From positions 1,728,001 through 1,792,000 of the forward strand of contig OZ244732.1 of NCBI GenBank assembly GCA_965219345.1: a DNA stretch of 64,000 nt. The letters are read 5' to 3'. The DNA is from Nitrosopumilus sp. GTDB taxonomy: Archaea > Thermoproteota > Nitrososphaeria > Nitrososphaerales > Nitrosopumilaceae. The translations under genes and the position numbers were made by a program. Under the pieces are notes generated by a model. The model did no database searches and was not told where the DNA came from. It was given only the letters and a program-made list of their open reading frames with translations. Positions 9,049 through 17,944 of the stretch are shown piece after piece; the first letter of the stretch is position 1, and each line of letters begins with the position of its first letter.

Positions 9049-9798
9049 TTAACTCTCTACTCTTGGTGCAAGATAATATTCGGCTTTGGCCTTTGATTCC
9101 ATCTCAAACAAAAGATGAATTGGTGTCTGTGTTCCATATTCCATGCTAACATTCTTGCTTGCCCGTCCTATATTGCGAATAATTCTTGCCATATACTCTA
9201 GACTGTACACAGAGGAGCTGTCCTCTTGCACATCAAAGCAAGATAGTTCAGAATCAGTATTCTTTATGTCCATCTGAACACTTCCGATAATTCCATCTCC
9301 TTCAAACTGGATCATCTCAGGTTTGGAAGATATTGTGATGTATTCAGATACCTTCTCAACATTGGATATTATCTTTGAGAGCATGCTGGGAGATAATGCA
9401 ATCTTGCTTTTAGAATGCACCTTTGGGACAGGTGAGTTGACCTCTGATCTCTCTATTAGATTCAGAGTATATCTCATTTCAAATGAGCCTGTAATGAATA
9501 TCTTCATCATATGGGGATCATCAATTTTGAGCTCTATTGTATCTGCACTTGATGCTACACTGAGAATGTTTCGCAGATCACTTACGTGTATTCCAAAGAA
9601 TGTCGCATTGCACTCAAATGATTCAAAGGAAGATTTTGGAAATGTGATATCCAACAGTGCAACATGTGAAGGATCCATTCCTCTAAATGTAATTCCATCC
9701 TGACTGCAAATGAACATTGCCTCTTCTGTGATATCTGATATTGCCTGCAGAATTGCCTTCCATTCATCTATGTTCGTAAATTTAGTTTCTAGCAACAT
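9049..9798 (-). CDS. pcn: proliferating cell nuclear antigen (sliding clamp), island-located
   Basis: GITFRGMDPSHVALLDI, YSLEYM, C-terminal YYLAPRVES; 249 aa. Confidence 0.93.
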   Translation of the reverse strand: MLLETKFTNIDEWKAILQAISDITEEAMFICSQDGITFRGMDPSHVALLDITFPKSSFESFECNATFFGIHVSDLRNILSVASSADTIELKIDDPHMMKIFITGSFEMRYTLNLIERSEVNSPVPKVHSKSKIALSPSMLSKIISNVEKVSEYITISSKPEMIQFEGDGIIGSVQMDIKNTDSELSCFDVQEDSSSVYSLEYMARIIRNIGRASKNVSMEYGTQTPIHLLFEMESKAKAEYYLAPRVES

Positions 9799-9995
9799 TA
9801 TATCATAACCATAATTGGGTGTTAAATGCTTTTTCGCCTATTAAAAATAATTCTGATCCAAGTTAGATTTGTCGATCTAGATACATTGATTAAATTTTAA
9901 TTAACAATGAATCATTGATAGTAAAATGACGAATTTACTTATATTGAATAAAATAAACAGCCAAATGATAATAGAATCAAGGAATTAGACAAGAT

Positions 9996-10737
9996 ATGGA
10001 AAGCGTTGAAGGCGCAACACGATCCAAAAAAACTAGATCGCTTGATGATTTTTTAGATACATCATATACTTCAACCAATCCCCGCAAATCATTACAAATA
10101 ATACCAATACTTCGGATCTTCCTAGCAAATGCACAAGGTGTGGGGCAAAGACAAAACGTGCAGGCCACAGAAAGCGCAAAAAGACTGCGGAGATCATATA
10201 TCGAGTGATATGTACAAACAAACAATGCAATGCCAGTTATTCCAATATACAAGACAAAACGAAGACAATTGGCACAGCATTTGATGAATTAGTAATAGGG
10301 TGTAGTTTAAGAGAGATTGCATCTATTTTGGATAAAAAATATTTCAGCAAATATTCTCATGTTGGAATCATAGGATGGTCGAAAAAATATCAAAAACTAG
10401 TCAAAATCCTGACTGATGATATTGCGTGTTCGCTCAAATTCGGGAACTCCTAGTGTGGAAATGCAAAACCACTTGGCTTCATACAGTTGCTCAAAGTAGA
10501 AACTCTACTGTAGGATTGCCTGCAAGATCCTTTGAGATATGCAAGAAATGTAATAAAATGGCAATATCCCTACAGGAAATACATAAACAGAACGGATTCA
10601 GGAAAATGGAAAACAGCACCATCAGAACTCAACCTCGATGCAGGACTTGCAGACATGGCAAGAAATCCAAAGATGATACAAAAAACATAATATTACATTC
10701 AATAATGCCAATTGACACAATTGCTAGTAAGGGCTAA
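9996..10737 (+). pseudogene. internally deleted, frameshifted paralog of the 12862-14472 transposase
   Basis: Zinc ribbon, HTH and LTDDIACSLKFG (cf. FTDDILCCLEYG) joined almost directly to the C-terminal CxxC..GFR..QPRCRTC finger; DDE core absent. Confidence 0.75.
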
Positions 10738-10897
10738 TCAATTCTAACATATTTTCCAAAGCATCCTACTCCTGACACTACGTAGTTTAGGGCATGTATA
10801 ACCATAGACACATACAAAAAGAAATCATCTCTCCAACTTACAGTTCATAGAAGGATTCCTAGACAGGTACTTTTGACCAATTATTGTTAACAACTTG

Positions 10898-10977
10898 CCT
10901 CAAACCTCAAACCTCAAACCTCAAACCTCAAACCTCAAACCTCAAACCTCAAACCTCAAACCTCAAACCTCAAACCT
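10898..10977 (+). repeat. heptanucleotide tandem repeat (CCTCAAA)x11 + CCT
   Basis: Counted directly; all copies perfect. Confidence 0.97.
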
Positions 10978-11748
10978 AGCAATAATAGTTCCCTACAAGA
11001 TACAGGGCGAGTTCTCGGTGTTCATAACGGATATGATACCCGACCTAGAGGTGGTTCATCACGGTCAGGTGTTCCCGATGAGAGTGATGGAGAAATGATT
11101 GATAATATCACCGACTATGCCCTAAAGGAATACCGGGAGTATTACACTGATGACGAGATAACCAAGTAGGACATATTCTATTACGTCTACGACATCCTCC
11201 ACCACGACGGGTACAGAAAGAAATATGCAAACAACCTGACACGTGAGTTGCCACACATTCCCATGGCGCCTGATTTTTGGGCATTTTCAAAGATTGGAAA
11301 GGATCTGGCAGACCTGCATCTATCATGGGAGACATGTGAGAGATATGACCTTGGAAAGCCGAAAAATGAGTTTGGCAAGTACACAAAGATGACGTTTGCA
11401 AAAAAGAAGAAAAATGGCAAGCAGGTGACTGATACAACAACGCTGAAGATAAACGGAATCGAGGTGTTTGACAACATCCCGGACATCAAGTACAGAGTCA
11501 ACGGCAGGACGCCGCTGAAGTGGGCAATAGACCGCTACAAGATTCATACGGACAAGGAAAGTGGAATAGTAAACGACGCTACAGATGTGGACATAATACC
11601 GCTCATTGAGAGGCTAGTGTATGTGGGAGTAAAATCAGACGAGCTTGTATCCGGGCTCCCAGAAGCGTTTGAGCCTGATAACTGGGAACCCAAAAAGGCA
11701 GGCCTTGACACGTTCGTTGAAGGCCCGGCCCAAAGCAAGCTGGCATAA
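10972..11748 (+). pseudogene. type ISP restriction-modification enzyme, C-terminal specificity domain remnant
   Basis: DNITD..ITK*DIFYYVY.ILHH..YRKKYANNLTRELPHIP..GKDLADLHL..YRVNGRTPLKWAIDRY; contains a frameshift and a stop. Confidence 0.85.
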
Positions 11749-11764
11749 TGTGCCCGTAATGGCC

Positions 11765-12757
11765 TCAATTCTCTGTTTTGTAGTCATATACTGTCCTGAT
11801 GTGGGGCAGGGCCTGTTTCATGTCCTCCATACTGCTGATCACAGACATGTAGTGACCCACCCCATGCCCGCCAATATTTGATACATCCTGGACGAATTCT
11901 GATGCGGATAAGATATTCTTGGAAACTGTTGTGGAGTATTTCAATTGTATTTTTGATTTTGTGATAACAAGGGTGCATACGCATGCGTCGTTTTGCTTAA
12001 GGTAAAACCCGACGTACAACTTTCTCTGGCGTGCCTCCAAGCCCTCAAAATTGCCCAAAATCATGCCTTTGATTTTAAAGTACAGTTCCCTTGTCTCTTT
12101 GCTTGGAGTTGCTGTGTACTTTCCATTCAGATAGTCTTCTTCACTGTATTCGTCCAGCCTGACATAATTCTTGGGGATTGTTTTCACATACGGTTCATCA
12201 CCTGTGCGTTTTTGAGCATCCCCAATCTGTTCCATGGTTATTATCCCGTCATCATGTTGAACGACCTGATGCAGCTGGATTGGCAACCCGATGCCACTTG
12301 CACCGATTTGGTATTTTGTAAACTCTGGCGAGAGAAAGATGACATGTGACTCGTCCCAGTTGAAGTAATCTGTTTTATGCTGCTGGTTTTTTAGGCGGTT
12401 GTATAGAAGCACAAAATCACCCATATGCTCTTTTAACAACCTGTAGTATGTGGCACCTTGGTCTAAAACCTGCTTGTTTTTGATGTTCTTGTATTCGATT
12501 ATTACAAAGCAGTTCTTTTCGCTGTCGTAAGCTACACTGTCTGGCCTCAAATCCCTGATTTGAAATTCCGATGTCAGGAATTCCAGTCCGTCAAAAACGA
12601 TGTCTAGGTTCTTCTCAATGAGTGTCTGTAGTGTCTTTTCATTCTCAAACTTTCGTTCTTTGATATGCTTGAATACGCCTGAACTGCTTCTGAAAACCCT
12701 CATGTGTGACATGGCATCGTAAACCAGTTTAATAAGTTCTAGCCAAAATGAGTACAA
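11765..12757 (-). CDS. PD-(D/E)xK (NucS/DUF91-like) nuclease fused to a DUF5655-like domain
   Basis: EKTLQTLIEKNL..EF..RPDSVAYD..IIEYK..DQGATY; C-terminal RKLYVGF..DVSNIGGHGVG; true start probably about 12703. Confidence 0.7.
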   Translation of the reverse strand: MYSFWLELIKLVYDAMSHMRVFRSSSGVFKHIKERKFENEKTLQTLIEKNLDIVFDGLEFLTSEFQIRDLRPDSVAYDSEKNCFVIIEYKNIKNKQVLDQGATYYRLLKEHMGDFVLLYNRLKNQQHKTDYFNWDESHVIFLSPEFTKYQIGASGIGLPIQLHQVVQHDDGIITMEQIGDAQKRTGDEPYVKTIPKNYVRLDEYSEEDYLNGKYTATPSKETRELYFKIKGMILGNFEGLEARQRKLYVGFYLKQNDACVCTLVITKSKIQLKYSTTVSKNILSASEFVQDVSNIGGHGVGHYMSVISSMEDMKQALPHIRTVYDYKTEN

Positions 12758-12861
12758 GGTTACCCCCTACCCAACGTGTAAACTAAATGACATCAACCTT
12801 GATTTTCACTCCACCCTCGGCGGCAAAAAGGTCTTAAACTTTCTGTGAACTGATCCAGTAA

Positions 12862-14472
12862 TTGAGCAAGACTATAACAAGGTACTATCCACAAAGCGCG
12901 GGCATAGAGTCCTCAAAGCCAAAGTCATGCTACTGCGGGCACGGTGACGACTTTAGGACGATATCCAAGACAGACAAGAACGACACGCGCTACATGTGCA
13001 ACAAGTGCAAGAAGAGTTACTTTGTCAGGAACCCCAAAGTGGACAGGCAGCATCTCAAAAAAATGGGTAGCATTCTAGACAACGTCATACTCGGGATGAG
13101 CTCAAGGCAGATATGCCTCAAGATGTTCGTAGACTGGGGCCACGTCATAAAGCATCCCACCATACTCAGATGGTCAAAGAACCATGTCCAGTACACAAAG
13201 ATGTTCACAGACGACATACTGTGCTGCCTGGAGTACGGGAGCGTGTGGGGAATAGACGAGACGGCAATGGACATACGAGGATGGTGGCACGAGGCAGACC
13301 CCAAGCTCCTCTCCCAGATGAGGACAATCGAGAATAAAGCTAGGGAGTACGGACTTCTCAAGGACCCCGAGTTTAAGAAGGAGTGGGAGGATCTGCGCGC
13401 AGGATCAGAAAGGTCAAAGAGGAGTGCAAAAAAGAAATGGCTTACGGCAGTAGTCGATCTGAAGACAAGGCGGGTCATACACTACATCATCACCGACAAG
13501 CGTCCAAACAACAAGGGCATCTACCGCCTCGTCAAGATGGCCACCGTCGTGGCAGGCATGCCGACAGACATCATAACTGATTGCTATCCGGCATACAAGC
13601 CAGCAATTCGAAGGCTTATCGGGGACATTGAAAAGCAGGGCGGGAAGCTAAACCACATCTTGGTGCGCGCAAAGAACCAGTCCGAGCTTCACTTTACGCC
13701 AAAAAAGCCAAAAAATGGCGCGTCATACCACAACAACAGCATCGAGAGCGCATGGTCAAAGATAAAGAGGAACATGAACATAATGTCCGGGTACGGGGAG
13801 TATCATTCTGACCATGTTATCAGCTACAATATCATAAACCACAATTTCATCAAGCCGCATTCCTCCCTGAGAAAGTTCAGGGCAGTCAGGCAGATGCAGG
13901 CAGACATGATAAACATGACTCCTGCCATGGAGGGCGGGTACCCAAAATGGTTTGCCAACTTTAACGAGCTGCTCACAGAATCGTGGGGGTATGACAAGTC
14001 GTTCATCTTCAAGCTGGGCCCGAAGATGCTGGACAGGCTCCGTGTTGGCATACAGGGCAAGAAGACGGTAGCCATAACCGTCAAGGAGCGGACTGCAAAA
14101 AGCGTGGTTGCAAAGATAGACAGGAAGCTTCAGACAGAGTGCAGCTTTGAATACGTACCGGAGAGAAGGGGGTGGAGGCGCGAGATACCGTCGATTATGA
14201 ACATGAACAGGAGGCGCGAGGACAATATGGGTGCGGTAATGCCGATGCAGACATTTGAGGTGTGCAACAGATGCGGATTGGCAGCACTCACTACGCAGAC
14301 CGTAGTTGAGCTCATCGGATACAGAAAATCCAACGGCAAGATGATCACGCAGCCAAACTGCCACAGGTGCAGAAGCAAACTCTCAAGGAATCCCAAATGC
14401 CGTACGGGGCAAAACCGCAAAAAAATGACTGAAAAGTCAGTCCTTTTGGTCATCCAGAAGAGGCTTGACTGA
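12862..14472 (+). CDS. large IS6/IS1595-like DDE transposase with C-terminal zinc finger
   Basis: CYC..CNKC ribbon, HTH, WGIDET, ITDCYPAY, NNSIESAWSKIKR, HNFIKPHSSL..TPA; C-terminal CNRC..GYR..QPNCHRC. Confidence 0.8.
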   Translation: MSKTITRYYPQSAGIESSKPKSCYCGHGDDFRTISKTDKNDTRYMCNKCKKSYFVRNPKVDRQHLKKMGSILDNVILGMSSRQICLKMFVDWGHVIKHPTILRWSKNHVQYTKMFTDDILCCLEYGSVWGIDETAMDIRGWWHEADPKLLSQMRTIENKAREYGLLKDPEFKKEWEDLRAGSERSKRSAKKKWLTAVVDLKTRRVIHYIITDKRPNNKGIYRLVKMATVVAGMPTDIITDCYPAYKPAIRRLIGDIEKQGGKLNHILVRAKNQSELHFTPKKPKNGASYHNNSIESAWSKIKRNMNIMSGYGEYHSDHVISYNIINHNFIKPHSSLRKFRAVRQMQADMINMTPAMEGGYPKWFANFNELLTESWGYDKSFIFKLGPKMLDRLRVGIQGKKTVAITVKERTAKSVVAKIDRKLQTECSFEYVPERRGWRREIPSIMNMNRRREDNMGAVMPMQTFEVCNRCGLAALTTQTVVELIGYRKSNGKMITQPNCHRCRSKLSRNPKCRTGQNRKKMTEKSVLLVIQKRLD

Positions 14473-14683
14473 TGAACGGAATTTTGAAGCAAGAGTGTTT
14501 TGAAAATAATTCACATAAACTTTACAGAAGTACGCCTGTTGCTACAAAACCTTTTTTTATTCCCAGAATTCTTATTATAATGATTTGTGTCTATTTGTTT
14601 CTTTGAATTTGTCAAGTATTTTTTCGCGATCTACAGTCTATTTTGACTCTGCAAACATATCTTTAAAAACCCAGTCCTGAGAT

Positions 14684-14962
14684 GTGATTAGCGTGACTGA
14701 ATCCGCCCAAGTTGTTCTTACCGGTTATGACAAACCAAAGATTAACGAATCGGTCAAAACATTAAGAGAGTATTCTAAAAAAATTAATGTAGAGATCGTT
14801 GAAGAACATGCAAAAATTAAAGCTAAATCAAAATTGTGGGGTTGTGAAAAAAACAATCTAAAACAAGAAATCTTGTTTCTGAGTGGAACGATGGATGATC
14901 TCCGTAAGATCCTCCATGTCAAAACCGAGGATGGGATATATTTGCAATTACTTTTAAAATAG
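14684..14962 (+). CDS. small protein resembling the ribosomal protein uS10 fold
   Basis: VVLTGYDKPKINESVKTLREYSKKINVEI...ILFLSGTMDDLRKILHVKTEDGIYLQL parallels the uS10 pattern (IxLxSxDxxxLxxxxxxI...RxIxI..xxLMxxxxPxGVxIEI). Confidence 0.45.
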   Translation: MISVTESAQVVLTGYDKPKINESVKTLREYSKKINVEIVEEHAKIKAKSKLWGCEKNNLKQEILFLSGTMDDLRKILHVKTEDGIYLQLLLK

Positions 14963-14980
14963 ATTACATACACCTGAGCC

Positions 14981-15577
14981 ATGGCAAGCACTGTAAATTC
15001 TTTTGATAAAAATTATCATAAGGAAGTAACCAATGCCAGAACGTTTGTCAAAAAATTAAACAGAGTTAGCGGCATTTACGCTGTTGCACATTTTGATTTA
15101 ACAGGATCGACAAAAAACATACAAAAAAATCAAGAAGCTACAATAACTCAAATGCTGACCCATAACAAAATTTGCAGTAACATAATTAAAAGAAATAGAG
15201 GCACTGTCATTAAAGAACTCGGAGATGCTGTGTTAGCTACATATCCCAATGCTCCAATGGCCTGTCAATGCGCATTAAATGTGATTTACAATTTTAAAAA
15301 ATATGGAAAAAGCATAGTTACAAAAGTAACAATTACTGCCGGTACTCTTGAAAAAGTAAAAACTTCGCAGGTACCTGATGTTTATGGAGTTCCTGTAAAT
15401 TTATGTGACAGAATGTCAAAACATACTTCGGAAAATTCCATAGTTATAGAAGAAAAAAGATATGAAGATATCAAATCATGGCTGCCTCACGATAAACGCA
15501 TCAAGTTTTGTCAACCAAGAAAAGTAAAACTAAATGATTTTAAACCCATAACCATACGTAAAATCACACTGAACTGA
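14981..15577 (+). CDS. stand-alone class III nucleotidyl (probably adenylate) cyclase
   Basis: FDLTGST (metal Asp 1), IKELGDAV (Lys + metal Asp 2), DVYG.PVNLCDRM (Asp, Asn, Arg). Confidence 0.85.
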   Translation: MASTVNSFDKNYHKEVTNARTFVKKLNRVSGIYAVAHFDLTGSTKNIQKNQEATITQMLTHNKICSNIIKRNRGTVIKELGDAVLATYPNAPMACQCALNVIYNFKKYGKSIVTKVTITAGTLEKVKTSQVPDVYGVPVNLCDRMSKHTSENSIVIEEKRYEDIKSWLPHDKRIKFCQPRKVKLNDFKPITIRKITLN

Positions 15578-15826
15578 TGGTCTATTTTTAAAATTGAATG
15601 GAATTGATTAATGATTCATAAAATAAACAATAAAAATCTTAAAACTTGTTAATTTTCACAGGTATGATTTTTTTAACGTTAGTGTTTTGGCGCGGACCCA
15701 TCTAGAATGAGACCAGTTAAAATCGTATACTTTTTGGCACGGGGGCTAGGACAGGCATGAGCAAGAGACACACCCCCGGGAAAAGGCAGACACCACCAGC
15801 ATGTCTGCAATGCTACTAAAAACCAA

Positions 15827-16053
15827 TGATCACCCAAATTTAACAGCAGGGTATGAGTAGCGTTAAGATCACTTTTGAACGGAAGGTGAAAAGGCAGATC
15901 ACTTTTGAACGGCCAGCCTGCATTGGCCGGAATTGTGAAAGTCTGAATCAGAAGAAGATCTGAAAAGCTCACTTTTGACCAACAATAACCGTAGATCACC
16001 TAGATTTACCAGAGCCTAACATTTTGAGCAGATCACATAAATTTACCAGTGCT
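15827..16053. repeat. cluster of IS6-type right-end motifs and iterated GATCAC repeats at the island border
   Basis: GATCACnnAnATTTAnCAG at 15827-15850, 15993-16016 and 16030-16053; AGATCACTTTTGAACGG at 15866-15882 and 15896-15912; variant at 15966-15980. Confidence 0.7.
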
Positions 16054-16104
16054 AATTGAACAAGTATCTATGATTATTTAAATCTGGAGAATTTTAGGTA
16101 TATC

Positions 16105-16785
16105 TCACCAAGTTACATGAACTAGATCTTTGAGGTTTCGCCTTGGTTTTGGGAATTTTGTTTGTTCAGGATATCCAATACATAACACAGAAGATGGAAC
16201 AAGATCTGTTTCAATAATATCCATTACCTTTTGTTCATCAAACATGCCAATCCAAATTGAGCTTAATCCTAATGCTTGAGCTGCAAGCTGAGAATATCCA
16301 GCAGCCAAAGTTGCGTCTTGTATAGCAAATTTTTTAAGAATGTAATCAGGAAAATCGAATTTTACTCTAGAGGGGTTTTTGCAGAAAATTAATACAACTG
16401 GGGCATTAACATAAGGTTGTTTATTACATGCTTCAGCCAGAAGTTTTTTCTTTTCTGGATTTCTAACATAAAAGATTTCAAATCCTTGATAGTTTCCAGC
16501 GGTAGGTGCAGTATCAGCCGCCGCAATAATCTTGTCTACCTTTGTAGTTTCTACTGGCTTGTCTGAAAATTTTCTTGTTGAACGTCTCTTGGCCATCACA
16601 GCAAACAAGTCAGTATCTATTTCTTCAGAAGGTTCTAAAGGTACAGAAGGCCCAGAAGGTCCAGAATGTAAGATGAAATCAAGTAATTGATTTCTCACAT
16701 TGCTGTCAGTGGATTCTGGAGTTTTTTGGGGTTCATAGCCTTTAGGATAGATTTCATCTCCAATCTTTTTTGAATCCACAAACAA
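16105..16785 (-). CDS. nitroreductase family protein
   Basis: KRRSTRKFSDKPV, APTAGNYQ, QLAAQALGLSSIWIG, LCIGYP. Confidence 0.9.
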   Translation of the reverse strand: MFVDSKKIGDEIYPKGYEPQKTPESTDSNVRNQLLDFILHSGPSGPSVPLEPSEEIDTDLFAVMAKRRSTRKFSDKPVETTKVDKIIAAADTAPTAGNYQGFEIFYVRNPEKKKLLAEACNKQPYVNAPVVLIFCKNPSRVKFDFPDYILKKFAIQDATLAAGYSQLAAQALGLSSIWIGMFDEQKVMDIIETDLVPSSVLCIGYPEQTKFPKPRRNLKDLVHVTW

Positions 16786-16823
16786 TTTACTAGATTTATC
16801 GTATTAAAGAATTGTAAACTAAA

Positions 16824-17009
16824 TTATTCAGCTTCAAAACCATCACAACCAGAATTGCATGGCTTATTCATTACGCCCTCACATTTTCCTAATTCGTTGT
16901 GCATTATTCGGTGATGTCCACAAATTCTGCATTTTTCCCTAAAATGTGAAATCAATTCAGCAGTTGAAATTCTTGATTCTTGTATCTTTGATTCGGTTTC
17001 GTGAGTCAT
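16824..17009 (-). CDS. small Cys/His-rich hypothetical protein
   Basis: CRICGHH..H..C..C..C pattern; lies between core genes. Confidence 0.6.
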   Translation of the reverse strand: MTHETESKIQESRISTAELISHFREKCRICGHHRIMHNELGKCEGVMNKPCNSGCDGFEAE

Positions 17010-17048
17010 AGTCTCATATTATAGATTATTCTGATTTTTTTCTTTTTA

Positions 17049-17741
17049 TTATCTTAATGGTTTTATTTTTCCATGAGAGAAAATAGATTTTTCAGGTACA
17101 TTTGCTTTAACGACTTCGTTTGCTGCGATAACTGAATCTTTACCTATTTCTATGCCTCCAATTATGATTGCATTTGCACCAATTAACGCACCATCACGTA
17201 TCACAGGAGAAGGTTCTTCAGTTGAATCCCATCCACCTGAACGATCCCTTTGAGCATGAACCATTCTTCCAAAGCGTCTTACCCCGTTTCCTATGATAGA
17301 TCTATCTGGTGCATTTCCGCCAATTACTAGAATCAGCACAACTAACCATATCATCATCCATAAAAAAGTTAAATCAGATTTAAAAATAAAATTTAGAAAT
17401 AAACCAAGATTTCTGAGTCCAGATATGTCACGATGGCAAGATTTTTCAAAAATTATTTCATAATCTTGGTTTAATGTGTATTTAGAAATAATTTGAAAAA
17501 TTTCTAATTGTTTTGAATTAGTAATGTGAATTACATCCAATCCTGAACTTGCAAATTCTTTTAAGATATCTAAATTTTCTAATGCATTTTCTGTAACAGA
17601 ATCATCCATTACTATCCAACATGCATTAGATGCAGTTTTGCTGTGTTTTGTTGCAGTAGAGATACAACGCTTCAAAATTTTTGGGCGATTATGTGCCAAT
17701 AATACAATGAGGGAACTACTAGATATCATGCGATACCACAA
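17049..17741 (-). pseudogene. chimera of a GT-A glycosyltransferase-like N-terminus and a hexapeptide acyltransferase C-terminus
   Basis: LAHNRP..IVMDDS..GLRNLG (GT2-like), then PVIRDGALIGANAIIIGGIEIGKDSVIAANEVVKANVP (left-handed beta-helix); both halves incomplete. Confidence 0.6.
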
Positions 17742-17779
17742 TCCTATTCACATGTAGTGATTCTAAATTAAAAAGTCAA

Positions 17780-17861
17780 CGCCGGGAAAGGGATTCGAGC
17801 CCCTGCACGCTTGCGCGTAGCCGTTTTCGAGACGGCCGCCTTACCACTTGGCTACCCCGGC
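17780..17861 (-). tRNA. tRNA-Ser(CGA)
   Basis: GCCGGGG acceptor, stem GCCGT/ACGGC with loop CTCGAAA, variable arm ACGC-GCAA-GCGT, G73. Confidence 0.93.
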
Positions 17862-17944
17862 ATCTAATCTGAGATTTTCCCCATAATAAAACAAATCAAA
17901 TGAAAAGGGCAAACACAAAATAGCACAAAACTACAACAGATTCC

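Noticed and set aside
10895-11098. ORF with PQTSNLK repeats as a real protein
   Set aside because: Produced by reading through the heptamer array into an RM pseudogene fragment
13017-14492. Several long antisense ORFs over the transposase
   Set aside because: Expected shadows of a GC-richer gene; no motifs
15774-15786. attachment-site copy of the tRNA-Ser 3' end (CCGGGAAA)
   Set aside because: Only about 8 bp match; no integrase in the window
15827-16053. CRISPR array
   Set aside because: Repeats are few, heterogeneous and irregularly spaced, spacers are too short, and no cas genes are present
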